From a virus (taxonomy: Duplodnaviria; Caudoviricetes): a stretch of DNA of 64,000 bases. Positions 25,429 to 34,965 of the stretch are shown here, piece by piece; the first letter of the stretch is position 1; the number at the start of each line of letters is the position of its first letter. Position numbers and translations under genes: made by a program. The notes beneath the pieces were generated by a model, which saw only the letters and a list, made by a program, of their open reading frames with translations, did no database searches and had not been told where the DNA came from. The DNA is taken from positions 9,819-73,818 of the IMG/VR virus record IMGVR_UViG_3300020576_004709; one strand, 5' to 3'.

Positions 25429-27885
25429 TTAGGTCACCATTCCGCATCCGATTTGACACAGGATGCTGCTGGCCCACGGACCGAGCCAGCCGCCGGGGTT
25501 GTCCGCGTAGAACCCGCACGACAGGCCGGAGCCAGTTCCGGGGCAGTAGTAGCCGGGACCGCTCCCGTCGGCACCGCACCCGCTGCCGGCGCAATTGGCC
25601 TCGCTGATGTACGGGCCGGTGCAACCGCCGGGATTACCCGATTCGAAATACTCGTTGCAATTCCCATCGCAACACCACCATTCCGTAACCGGCGCATCGG
25701 TCGTGGTCGTGGGCGGCGGTGGCGTCGTCGGCGTGGTAGTCGTCGTCGTGGAAGACGGCGGTGAGGTCGTGGTTGTCGTCGTGGTGGTCGTGCTCGTCGG
25801 CGGGGGCGTCGTCGTGCTCGTGCAGGGGCTTGCGTCGCACTCGCCTTCGGTATCGAACGGGCCGGCCAGGACGACGTAGTAGTAGCCGTTCCCGCCGCAG
25901 GAATGGTTGTAGGTGTTTCCGACGACCGTCATGGACGGGAACCGCTGGAAGCAGAACGTCGATCCAATTCCGTCCGGCGAGCAGTCCGAGAATCCCCACA
26001 GGGTTGTCACGCGAACGCAATACCACTTCATCGCCTCGGTTGTCGTCGTGGTGGTCGTGCTCGTTGTCGTCGTCGTGCTGGTGGTCGTCGTGCTCGTCGT
26101 CGTCGAGGTCGTCGTCGTTGGGGGCGGGGTGGTGGTCGTCGTCCGGTCCGTACAAGGCGTCTCGTCGATCGAGCAATCGTTCACGCCGGCATAGACCGGC
26201 TCGTAGCAATCGCAATTCCCCTCGCAGTTCTCGGAGCCGAGGAAGATCCATTCGGACGTGAACGCGCTCCAACGGAACCGGCACTTGCCGCTGCAAGTCG
26301 GGGTCGTGGTGGTTGTCGTGGGCGGTGGGGGTGTCGTCGGCGTGCAGGGGTTGGGCGCCGCAGTGGTCGTGGTCGGGCAGTTGTCTTCGACCGGGCACCC
26401 CGTCACGGCCATGTTTCCGCAGACCGGATTCGCCGGCGGCACGGTGGGCGCTCGGCACGGTCCGCACGTCTTGCAGTCCGGGAAGTTCGTGAAGCAACCG
26501 CCGCCGATGTACAGCCAGCCAATTTCCTCGTCGATCCAGACCCAACGGCAGGAGCCGTGGCAGAACTTCGGCGGTGCCGGGGTGGTCGTTGTCGTGGTGC
26601 AATCGAACGGCACGTCGTAACAGACGGAACCGCTGCCGGACGGCGGGGGCGGACACCGGCAGTTGCTACCAGGCGTCCCCGCGCAGTTGTTCCGCTTGAC
26701 GATGAACCCGAATCCGGGGATCCAGGTGTAGACGCACCCCGAGCAGTCCGGCGGGGGCGTCGTGGTCGGGCACGGCGTGGTGGTCGTCAGCGGGTCGGGG
26801 GTCGTGCTCGTAGTGGTCGTGCTGGTGGTCGTCGTCGTGAAGGCCGGGCAGGGCGTGGTGGTCGTCGTGGTGCGCGGCCGCTCGCAGTAGGTCTTAATCG
26901 TCGCGCACCCGTCGTCCGGTTGGGGGCAGACGGTCGGGTAGGCCGGCACGCAGCCGGGCGAGCAGCAGATTTCCTTGAGCTTCCAGATTCCCAACGCGAA
27001 ATCGAATTCCCACGACGAGAGGCCGCCGCAGGGTGCCGGCGTCGTGCTCGTGGTAGTCGTGGTCGGGGGCGGGCCGGAATCGCGGATGCCGACGAAGACG
27101 CGGCGATCGTACTCGACGCCGTGCTCCTCGACGGGGATCAAGCTGCCGATGACGGGTGCCCGGCCGTAGACGTCCCGGAACCAAACGAGGATGTCCGATT
27201 CGAGCCAGAGGTCGCCGTAGGTGTAGTAGTAGACCAGCTTGGCCGAATAGAACCTCTGCCCGTCGGTGTGAGGGTACGGCGTCGTGGTCGTGCTCGTCGT
27301 GCTGGTGGGCGCGGGGGTTGTCGTTGTGGTCGTGGTCGTCGTTGGCGCTTCGGTCGTGGTCGGAACGCAGGTGGTCGAAGTGGGTGCCGGCGTGGTGGTC
27401 GGAACTGCGGTTGTCGTGGTGGTCGTCGGTCCCGGCCGGTCGCTCAGGATCTTGACGTAGGCTTGCATTCCCACCCGGACGACGGGAACCGTGTCCATGT
27501 CGTCCGGCTCGCCGTCGATCTTGAAGCCGAGACGCCCCTTGCCGAGTTGGAAGCTGCCGGCGACCGGACCCCAAATCTCGCCGATCTTCGGTTGGCCATC
27601 CGCCGGGTTGAAAGCCGCGCGGATCGGGGACGAGTACGAGGCCCACCCAGCGCCGGTGAAACCCCGGACCGCGTCGGCCGGCGGGATCGAGTACGGCCCG
27701 GCGATGTAGCAGCCGGGTTCCCCGTCGGCGGTCGGCTTCCCGACGACCTTGCGGCCCTCGGCGTCGGGAAACGCAGTGTTGGCAACGCACCCGCCCGGCG
27801 GTATGGTATCGCTTGTGGCGTTGACCATTGGAATGGGATTACAACTGAGGGTGTAATCCTGACTCGACGGTCTGAGCACAACCAT
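25429..27885 (-). CDS. mucin-like Thr-rich, Cys-rich tail (fibre-like) protein; start uncertain (27906, 27885 or 27828)
   Basis: Seven poly-Thr/Pro tracts alternating with C-x-G-x-C-x-[WFY]-x-W type modules. Confidence 0.8.
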   Translation of the reverse strand: MVVLRPSSQDYTLSCNPIPMVNATSDTIPPGGCVANTAFPDAEGRKVVGKPTADGEPGCYIAGPYSIPPADAVRGFTGAGWASYSSPIRAAFNPADGQPKIGEIWGPVAGSFQLGKGRLGFKIDGEPDDMDTVPVVRVGMQAYVKILSDRPGPTTTTTTAVPTTTPAPTSTTCVPTTTEAPTTTTTTTTTPAPTSTTSTTTTPYPHTDGQRFYSAKLVYYYTYGDLWLESDILVWFRDVYGRAPVIGSLIPVEEHGVEYDRRVFVGIRDSGPPPTTTTTSTTPAPCGGLSSWEFDFALGIWKLKEICCSPGCVPAYPTVCPQPDDGCATIKTYCERPRTTTTTTPCPAFTTTTTSTTTTSTTPDPLTTTTPCPTTTPPPDCSGCVYTWIPGFGFIVKRNNCAGTPGSNCRCPPPPSGSGSVCYDVPFDCTTTTTTPAPPKFCHGSCRWVWIDEEIGWLYIGGGCFTNFPDCKTCGPCRAPTVPPANPVCGNMAVTGCPVEDNCPTTTTAAPNPCTPTTPPPPTTTTTTPTCSGKCRFRWSAFTSEWIFLGSENCEGNCDCYEPVYAGVNDCSIDETPCTDRTTTTTPPPTTTTSTTTSTTTTSTTTTTSTTTTTTTEAMKWYCVRVTTLWGFSDCSPDGIGSTFCFQRFPSMTVVGNTYNHSCGGNGYYYVVLAGPFDTEGECDASPCTSTTTPPPTSTTTTTTTTTSPPSSTTTTTTPTTPPPPTTTTDAPVTEWWCCDGNCNEYFESGNPGGCTGPYISEANCAGSGCGADGSGPGYYCPGTGSGLSCGFYADNPGGWLGPWASSILCQIGCGMVT

Positions 27886-27900
27886 CCCCCCGTGTGAACC

Positions 27901-28638
27901 ATGCAAGCAGTGTACGGGGCATTTTTTCTACCGGCGAATTGCTGCTCGATCACGCGACAGATCGAATCCGAGACGACCGACGTCGGCAAACCCTACCGCG
28001 AAACCCACTCCCTGCACTGCCGCGTGACCCTCGTCTCGGCTTACTCGGCCCCGCTCGATCGTCAACGCGACCTGACGTTCCAGGAGGCCCGCATCCGCGC
28101 GGCGACGTCGGAACCCGGCCTCGACTTCCAGTTCTTCGACGACGGCGGACTCCGCTCCGATCTCTGCCTGCTCAACGCGGGGTGCGAGGAAAAGGTGCGG
28201 CGGGTCCACTGGAGTAACCCGGAGGGCGGCAACTCCGAACTGGCCGGCAAGCGAACACTCGAATTCGTCATGCAGGCCGTCTACCCGAGCTTCGGGGCGT
28301 TCGGCACGATCCTCTCCCTCCAAGAGACGTACACCGTGGACGGCGACGGCTCGCCGTACATCGTGATGCACGAGTTGCAGGACGGAATCGTCGAACAGGT
28401 CACGCGGGCCGCGACCATCAGCCGCGCCTACCAGACCGGGTCGGCGGTCGGCTACAAGACGTGGCCCAACCTCGGCCCGTACAACGGCTTCCCCAAGCAG
28501 AAGTTCCCGAAGGGCTTTCGCGGGTTCCGATCGCAGGTGTCCCGCGAACTGCCGAAGCGCCGGGGCGAGGGATTCAACAGCCACTTCGGGATGCACTGGT
28601 CGTACTACTCCGAAGGCGCGACACCCTACAAGGTCTGA
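27901..28638 (+). CDS. putative tail protein on the opposite strand
   Basis: 245-aa ORF, MQAVYG...; distal-tail-like composition. Confidence 0.7.
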   Translation: MQAVYGAFFLPANCCSITRQIESETTDVGKPYRETHSLHCRVTLVSAYSAPLDRQRDLTFQEARIRAATSEPGLDFQFFDDGGLRSDLCLLNAGCEEKVRRVHWSNPEGGNSELAGKRTLEFVMQAVYPSFGAFGTILSLQETYTVDGDGSPYIVMHELQDGIVEQVTRAATISRAYQTGSAVGYKTWPNLGPYNGFPKQKFPKGFRGFRSQVSRELPKRRGEGFNSHFGMHWSYYSEGATPYKV

Positions 28639-28653
28639 GAGAGGTAACGAGCC

Positions 28654-29880
28654 ATGCCGTCCGAAAAACTGTACTACGCACGCGCCGGCGTCCGAAAGCG
28701 GATTCAGACGCTCACCATCAATTCGGCGACCGCCACGAACATCGCGGGCGCGGCGATCGGTCCCCGGACCGAACTCTACACCATCGGCACCGGCATGACG
28801 ACCGCGCTCGTGGCCGCCGCGCTCGCCGCGCAACTCCAAGCCTCGCTCGCCCCGGAGTTCCAAGAACTCAGCTATTCCCCCAGCTCGAACGTCATCACGA
28901 TCACGAGCATCGACACCGGGGTCGATTTCGTGGTAACGGCCGCCGGCACCGGCGGCGTCGTATCCGCCGCGACCGTGCAGACGGCGACCGGCGGCATGGA
29001 TTGGGCCAACGTCGACAATTGGGGCGGGGCGCTGCCGGTCAACGGCGATTCGATCGTCGTCGACATCCCGGATACGCCGATCACGATGAACCTCGACGCG
29101 CTCGCCGGCGTGGACATCGCGACGATGACGGTTCGCAACCGCAGCAACCGCGGCGCGGGCCTCACCAACTTCCGCCGGACGAACGGGGCGATCTACATCG
29201 AGTACCGCGGCCGCTACGTCCAGCTCAAGACCCTGACCCGGCTCGTCGTCGAAGGGGACGGTCCCGGCCCGGACGTCCTGCACGTCCAACTGATGACCGG
29301 CGGGAACACGACTTGCGACATCAGTTCCAACAACAGTTCGGACAACGACGAGGTCGCGCCGATCCAACTGCTGCTGAAATCGACGGGGAACAAGCTCAAC
29401 CTGAACAAGGGCTACGCCTCGATTCCGAAGGACGAGATCCTCGGCCTGCTCGGGGTGTGCGCGACGGTGAACGTGGGCCGCGAGGGGGACAACGAGGAAG
29501 CGCCGTTCGCGAACGTGGACGGGACCGTGTCGGCGGTCAACAACTATTCCGGCCAGACGCGGGCCTCGTCGAACATCACGCTCTTCATGGGTCGGGACTC
29601 GGTCGACCACCTGCAAACGGCCGGCAACCTGACCGTCAGCGGGTCGGCCGGCAACGTCGATTACCGGCCGGCGGGGACGATCACGTTCAACATCACCGAG
29701 AACTGCACGCTCTACTTGAACCGATCGACCGCGACGAAGACGCTCGGCTCGCTCTGTTCGGGACTCAACGGCGGTGCCGTCATCGACCCGAACGGCACGA
29801 TGGCCGGCTCGTTCACCCTCGATCAAAAGTCGCTGCAGCGATCGCGGTTGAAGGACGGGACCGGCGTCACGGTGACGTAG
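28654..29880 (+). CDS. putative tail protein (beta-helix-like C-terminus) on the opposite strand
   Basis: 408 aa; DWANVDNWGGALPVNGDSIVVD; GAGAGG RBS. Confidence 0.75.
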   Translation: MPSEKLYYARAGVRKRIQTLTINSATATNIAGAAIGPRTELYTIGTGMTTALVAAALAAQLQASLAPEFQELSYSPSSNVITITSIDTGVDFVVTAAGTGGVVSAATVQTATGGMDWANVDNWGGALPVNGDSIVVDIPDTPITMNLDALAGVDIATMTVRNRSNRGAGLTNFRRTNGAIYIEYRGRYVQLKTLTRLVVEGDGPGPDVLHVQLMTGGNTTCDISSNNSSDNDEVAPIQLLLKSTGNKLNLNKGYASIPKDEILGLLGVCATVNVGREGDNEEAPFANVDGTVSAVNNYSGQTRASSNITLFMGRDSVDHLQTAGNLTVSGSAGNVDYRPAGTITFNITENCTLYLNRSTATKTLGSLCSGLNGGAVIDPNGTMAGSFTLDQKSLQRSRLKDGTGVTVT

Positions 29881-29890
29881 GAAAAAGGAA

Positions 29891-29918
29891 ACGGACCGAC
29901 TGCCCCTAGTCGGTCCGT
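29891..29918. terminator. hairpin between the convergent plus block and the tape measure gene
   Basis: Perfect 11-bp stem ACGGACCGACT/AGTCGGTCCGT. Confidence 0.65.
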
Positions 29919-29963
29919 CCCTTTGCCCACTTCACTCCGTCAAGAGAAGTGGAAGGCGTTGTA

Positions 29964-31784
29964 TCAGCGGTTCTGCTTGGCGGCCAGCTTTGCGAGTGCG
30001 GCGTTCATGATGTCGGCCGCCTCCTGCCTCGCGGCGGCCTTCGAGATTTCGACCATCTTGTCCGAGAGCAATTCCTTGTTCACCCCCTCTTGAAGCTCCT
30101 TCTGAATCTCGAACTTGAGGGTGATGGCCCGGTTGGAAAGCTCCTGTTCCTTCGTCCGCGCGTCCTTCGACGAGTCGCGGTATTCCTCGCCGAACTGTTC
30201 CTTGAGCAACCGCGTGATGGGGTCGTTGGCCCCCTTCTCCTCGAACCGCTTTTCGAGCGTCTTCGGAATCAGTCGGCCGGCCGCGCCGAGGACGTCGTCG
30301 GGCAGCATGTCGAGGTTCGCCGTGTTCTTCACGAGCAACGCGCTCTGGAACGCGAACTGCCGTTCGAGCGGACCCATGCGGCCGACGTTCTGTTCCTGGC
30401 CGGCGGCCGTCTGCGCACGCTCCGACCACTCCCGCTGTTGGAGTTGGATCATCTGCAGTTGGTTTTCCTTGATGGCCCGGTCGTTCTGGAGAATCTCGCC
30501 CTTCAACTGCTTCTGCCGTTCGATCAGCTCGTTTTGCTTCTCCATGTTCTTCGCGATGTCCGCGTCGATTCGCTCGACTTCGCGCGCGGCTTCGAGCCGC
30601 TTGGCGTCCGTCGCCGAGGAGTTCGGGAGCCAACTGTCTTCATCGGTTCCGGCGGCAAGCGAAGCCTTGCGGCGGCGCTGGTCGAGCGCCTTCCGCTCCT
30701 CCCGCGTCTTGCCCAACATCGCATCGGTGTCCCCCGCCTGGATTCGCAGGGCCGCGCCCTCGCGCGCGATGTTGAATTCCTGCTCGCGGATCGGTTGCCG
30801 GCCCCGTTCGATCATGAACTCGAACTCGCCGCCGACGGTCGATCGGTCGATGAACGGCATCGTCGCGGTGCGCGGGTCGGCGTTCATCGCTGCGATGCGG
30901 GACCGCGTTTCGCTGCGGCGGATGCCCATCTCGTAGTCGATGCGGCCGGTCACTTCCCCCCGCCGGCCGAGCACTTGGTCGCGCTGGCGGTTCAACTCCG
31001 CGCGCTCGGCCGTGATTTCGGCCTTCGCGAACAGCCCGCCACGGTCGGAGATCGTGTCGTAAACGCCGAGGGCCTGGCGGCTGAAGAAGTTCGAGTTGAC
31101 CGAGGCCCGCATCGCGTCGCTGCCGGTCCCGCCGCTGAACATCGCGAGGTCGGCCGCGTTCCGGGCACCGGCCGCCGCCGTCGTCGCCGCGATGCCGGCC
31201 AGCGGCGCGCCGAACCGGCCGTAACGCGACTGGATGAACTTCGAAAACGCGCTCGGATCGTTCCGGGGAATGTCGTTGTCCCACGACTCGCCGCCGGGCA
31301 TCCCCGTTGTCTTGTTCTGCCAGCCCACGTCGCCGTAGTTGGCTGACCGGTACTGGCCGGGGAACAGGATCGGCGTCGGCGGCAGCGTGGTCGAAGGGTT
31401 CACCGCGCCGCGGAAGGGGATCGGGACCGGGGGCGGCAGCGGGGCGGCGTTCATCCCGGTCTGGTTGTTCCACGACAGCGGCATCCCGTTCGGCCACGTC
31501 GGGGGGTTAGGGTCGTGGAAGAGCGACATTCCGCCGGGCCACGTCGGCGCGGACGGGCCGCCGCCACGCCGCCCGCCGCCCCCGATGTTGCCGCCCCAAC
31601 CGCCGGTCGATTGCCGCTGCGGGAGTCCCGATTCGTCCTTGAGGCCCTTGTTGTACTCGATCTGCGACTTGGCCATCCGCTCGAGCGCGGCGGCCATCCG
31701 CTCGGCCTTCGAGACGTCCTCGGCGCGGATGTCGAAACTCAGGGTCGCGGAGACTTCTTCGCCCTTCTCGTTGTCGCTCGCCAT
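29964..31784 (-). CDS. tape measure protein
   Basis: Follows the chaperones and hub; Ala/Gln/Glu/Arg helical coiled coil; Gly/Pro-rich insert near the N-terminus. Confidence 0.7.
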   Translation of the reverse strand: MASDNEKGEEVSATLSFDIRAEDVSKAERMAAALERMAKSQIEYNKGLKDESGLPQRQSTGGWGGNIGGGGRRGGGPSAPTWPGGMSLFHDPNPPTWPNGMPLSWNNQTGMNAAPLPPPVPIPFRGAVNPSTTLPPTPILFPGQYRSANYGDVGWQNKTTGMPGGESWDNDIPRNDPSAFSKFIQSRYGRFGAPLAGIAATTAAAGARNAADLAMFSGGTGSDAMRASVNSNFFSRQALGVYDTISDRGGLFAKAEITAERAELNRQRDQVLGRRGEVTGRIDYEMGIRRSETRSRIAAMNADPRTATMPFIDRSTVGGEFEFMIERGRQPIREQEFNIAREGAALRIQAGDTDAMLGKTREERKALDQRRRKASLAAGTDEDSWLPNSSATDAKRLEAAREVERIDADIAKNMEKQNELIERQKQLKGEILQNDRAIKENQLQMIQLQQREWSERAQTAAGQEQNVGRMGPLERQFAFQSALLVKNTANLDMLPDDVLGAAGRLIPKTLEKRFEEKGANDPITRLLKEQFGEEYRDSSKDARTKEQELSNRAITLKFEIQKELQEGVNKELLSDKMVEISKAAARQEAADIMNAALAKLAAKQNR

Positions 31785-31788
31785 GTTG

Positions 31789-34077
31789 TCACCCGTTTCG
31801 CTGGATTCGACCCTGCGCCATCGCCGCGAAGACGTTGCCGATCAGGGCCGGCTTCGAGAACTCGCGGTTCTGCCGTGCGGCCTCCGCGTCCGGCCGGATG
31901 GCCTCGCGGAAACGCCTGGTGTCGTAATTCGGCATGTAGTGATCGTGCTCGACGTTTCGGCTCAGGGTCGAACCCATCGCCTCGCGGCCGAAGTCGATCG
32001 TCATTTGACCGATTGCCCCGTCGAGCTTGACGACCGGCACGCCCTTGTAGTGGATCGTCGTCCCGCCTTCGAGGACGATCCGGTTCAGGTGCTCGTCGAG
32101 GTACTTGTCGGCGGCCGCCGTCGCGTTGTCGTACTCGTCGGCGATCGACTCCGTGAACAGGTGCCGGCGCTTGGCGTTGTCCACCCCGTACCGCTGGACC
32201 CACGTTCGAACCACGTCGTCGTGCTCGAACCATTTGATTTGGGGATCCTTGTCCCAAATGTACGCCTTCGCGTCGTTGTCCTTCCGTGCCAGCTTCTTCG
32301 GGGACTGGCGCTTGTCCCCGATCTCGCCCTTCTCGTCGGCGAACTTCACCCAGCGCCGGTACCGGAGAATCTCGTGCGTCTCCCGGTCGCGGAGGTAGGC
32401 AGAGAACTCGAACACGATGCGGGGGATCTGGACCTTGAGCGAGTTGCCGGCCGGCACGACTTCGAGCACGGGCGAGGCGAACGTCACGACGTAGGAGCCG
32501 GGATCGAACGTGAAGGGAACTTCGATCCGCTGCTTGAACTCGGTGTTGAGTTGCGCGGAGTCCAGCTTCCGGTGGACCGGCGACGAATGTCGGTGGTAGA
32601 TCGCCCCGTAGCACTCGCTGGACCGGTCCCGGCTCCACCCGTCGTAATAGTCGGGGACGTCCGCGATGATGTCGCCGCTGCCGCCGCGAATCCGGTTTGG
32701 GTCGCGCTCGGTCGGCACCACCTGCTCGACGCGGGAGTTGAACGGGACCATCGAATGCAGGTCGAGAACGTGGCCGTAGCGCCGGACGTAGAGCGTCTGC
32801 TGCGGGTCGGTCGGCCCCCGCGACGGATCGAGGAGCGTGACGCGGTACATCTTGTAAACGCCGGCCTGCGCCAGTTCCATCGCCTTGTTGAAGGTGAGTT
32901 GGTCAGTCGCGTGGACGCCGGGGAAGATCGGCGGGTTGCAGAACTCCCAAGCGGTCTGCACGCCGACCGTCGTCACGTTTACGGTGAAAGTCGCGAGGTT
33001 GTCGCCGCGGCGAACGTCCGGGGTATGGCCGTTCGTCCGGCCGGCGATGTAGAGCGCCGGCCCGGCTTCCACTCTGGCCGCCACGCGACTCCCGACGGAC
33101 GAGTTCGCGTTGATGGCCGCCGCCATGTCGTTGAGAACTTGGGTCGCATCGGTGGTTCCGACGACGGAGAACGGCCATCCGTCCACGAGGAGGCGGAAGT
33201 TCTCGCCCGTCAAGAACGGGATGTCGCAGAAAACCTGCACTTCGCCGGGCCTCGGCGGGTTCACCGGCGCGTAGCTGAGGATGTCGATCGTGTTGAGTTG
33301 CGAACCGTAGTCCGGCGCGACGGCGTCGAGGACGACGCGGAATTGCCACCGGATCGGGGCACCCCTCACCCCGACGCCGGCGGGGATCGGCGGGAGGTTG
33401 ATCGCCCCGCCGCCCGAATCGACGTGGTCGGTCGGAAGCTCGGCCCCGACCGAACGCTTCTCGATTCGCACCCGCCGCTCGATGTTGCACCAGATCGGCA
33501 CCATGTAGAACTGGTCGCACAGCCGCGCGAGGGCCTCGCGGGTCGGGGTGCCGTTCCACTCGATGCGGGGGTTCAACTCGGGCTTGGTGCTCTTGACTCC
33601 CTCGCCGGCTCCGGGGAACTCGTTCGGCGGGACGTCGCCCTCCTTCACCCCCTCGGGCATCAGCGAGACGTCGAAGCCCTGCTCGCCGAGGTTCAGGAGC
33701 GCGATCTTAACCAGTTCTCGCGGCGTCTTGACGCGGCCGGGTAAGAGGTTCTGGTGCGTGTCCTGCTGGTTGTAGTCGCCGTCGATGACGGCGTTCTCCC
33801 AGCGCCAGCGGTGGTCTTTGAGGATGATCTGCCACGAGTTTCCCGCGCGGCTGAAATTGGGCAGGATGCGTTCGACCCGGCAGTCGGGGACGGTGTATTC
33901 CCGCTCGCCGTCGCGGAACACGAAATCGCCGTAGCGGCGCAGGGCGAGCGGTTCAACCTTGACCACGACGGAAATCTCGTCCGGCTCGACGCCCTGGTTG
34001 TAGGTGTAGTTCGCGGTATCGACGCCTTCGAGGCCGGGGTAGGAGACGGAACAGTTCTGCCGTTTGTAGAAGGCCAT
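31789..34077 (-). CDS. tail hub/baseplate-like protein
   Basis: 762 aa between the chaperones and tape measure; YTYNQGVEPD...LKDHRWRW. Confidence 0.65.
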   Translation of the reverse strand: MAFYKRQNCSVSYPGLEGVDTANYTYNQGVEPDEISVVVKVEPLALRRYGDFVFRDGEREYTVPDCRVERILPNFSRAGNSWQIILKDHRWRWENAVIDGDYNQQDTHQNLLPGRVKTPRELVKIALLNLGEQGFDVSLMPEGVKEGDVPPNEFPGAGEGVKSTKPELNPRIEWNGTPTREALARLCDQFYMVPIWCNIERRVRIEKRSVGAELPTDHVDSGGGAINLPPIPAGVGVRGAPIRWQFRVVLDAVAPDYGSQLNTIDILSYAPVNPPRPGEVQVFCDIPFLTGENFRLLVDGWPFSVVGTTDATQVLNDMAAAINANSSVGSRVAARVEAGPALYIAGRTNGHTPDVRRGDNLATFTVNVTTVGVQTAWEFCNPPIFPGVHATDQLTFNKAMELAQAGVYKMYRVTLLDPSRGPTDPQQTLYVRRYGHVLDLHSMVPFNSRVEQVVPTERDPNRIRGGSGDIIADVPDYYDGWSRDRSSECYGAIYHRHSSPVHRKLDSAQLNTEFKQRIEVPFTFDPGSYVVTFASPVLEVVPAGNSLKVQIPRIVFEFSAYLRDRETHEILRYRRWVKFADEKGEIGDKRQSPKKLARKDNDAKAYIWDKDPQIKWFEHDDVVRTWVQRYGVDNAKRRHLFTESIADEYDNATAAADKYLDEHLNRIVLEGGTTIHYKGVPVVKLDGAIGQMTIDFGREAMGSTLSRNVEHDHYMPNYDTRRFREAIRPDAEAARQNREFSKPALIGNVFAAMAQGRIQRNG

Positions 34078-34080
34078 CCG

Positions 34081-34506
34081 CTATTCCAACCTTCGGAGGA
34101 TCGGGGCAACCGCGCGAAGGGATGCCATCAGTTCCATCAGCGGCCGCTGTTCCGCGACCGTCTGAATGGGTTTTATGATAACCGCGAACTCCTTCATCCA
34201 GTAGTTGCGGGGGAAGCGCCCGACCGCGTCGCACTTCAAATACTCGTAGACGATTTGGAAGTGAACGGGATCCGGTTCGTCCGCGTCGGCCGACGTGAGG
34301 TACCGCCCGTCCTCGATCGCCCGTTCCTTGACGTCGCGGGAGATCTTCGGGCACGAGTTGCAGGGAGTGACGGGCGGGTGGTCTTGGGGAACGAACTCGC
34401 CGCCGCGAACCATGCGGCGGCCGTAGTTTTCCGAACTCGGTTCCTGGTCGTACAGCCACGTCTCGCAGTCGAGGCACGTCCGGTTCCACTCCGGCTTCAA
34501 CAGCAT
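34081..34506 (-). CDS. tail assembly chaperone T part (frameshift extension)
   Basis: In the -1 frame of the upstream gene; RTCLDCETW...PCNSCPK. Confidence 0.7.
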   Translation of the reverse strand: MLLKPEWNRTCLDCETWLYDQEPSSENYGRRMVRGGEFVPQDHPPVTPCNSCPKISRDVKERAIEDGRYLTSADADEPDPVHFQIVYEYLKCDAVGRFPRNYWMKEFAVIIKPIQTVAEQRPLMELMASLRAVAPILRRLE

Positions 34507-34949
34507 CAGGAGGGCGGCGACTCGGGTTTTTTTTTATCCGCGTCGATTTGCTTGCCGGCCGCGTAGCCGAGGGCTACCGCGTAGATGGCGCGGAAGAGGT
34601 TGAGGGGCAGGAGCGCGAGGTACTCGGGGTCCAGCGGCCACGCCTCGCCGCCGTCGGCGTAGTCCCAAGACTTCAACCGCGAAAAGAGGAACGTGACTTC
34701 CTCGCGGGCGACCGCCTCGAACTGCTCTTCGAGGGCCTCGTCGTGAACGTCCGGGTTCTTCGCCGGCTCGAACGTCGCGACGTCCTTGAAGCCGCGGGCC
34801 TCGATCGACTTCCGGTAGGCCCGCTTCCCGGCGGTCTGCCTCGCCTGGTCGTGGCGCTGGACCTTCGGCATCGGGGTCGGTTCGAACGTGATAGTCACGT
34901 CCTTGAAACCTTCCTGCTGGACGACTCGCTTGACGGTGAACGCGGGCAT
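34506..34949 (-). CDS. tail assembly chaperone G
   Basis: Downstream of the tube gene; RLKSWD motif; ends in DKKKPESPPS. Confidence 0.75.
   Translation of the reverse strand: MPAFTVKRVVQQEGFKDVTITFEPTPMPKVQRHDQARQTAGKRAYRKSIEARGFKDVATFEPAKNPDVHDEALEEQFEAVAREEVTFLFSRLKSWDYADGGEAWPLDPEYLALLPLNLFRAIYAVALGYAAGKQIDADKKKPESPPS
34527..34535 (-). other. -1 programmed frameshift slippery site (A9)
   Basis: GAT AAA AAA AAA CCC; the -1 frame is open into the 34506 ORF. Confidence 0.75.
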
Positions 34950-34965
34950 GGTTGAACGCCTGGGG

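Noticed and set aside
25903-27897. Long Arg/Gly/Val-rich plus-strand ORFs here and opposite other genes (for example 31339-33744, 43058-45244, 48938-51181, 16684-18768)
   Set aside because: Shadow ORFs caused by high GC3 codon bias of the real genes on the other strand or frame
27830-29965. Invertase-driven tail switching for the flipped block
   Set aside because: No matching inverted repeats at the two borders by eye and no serine or tyrosine recombinase in the window
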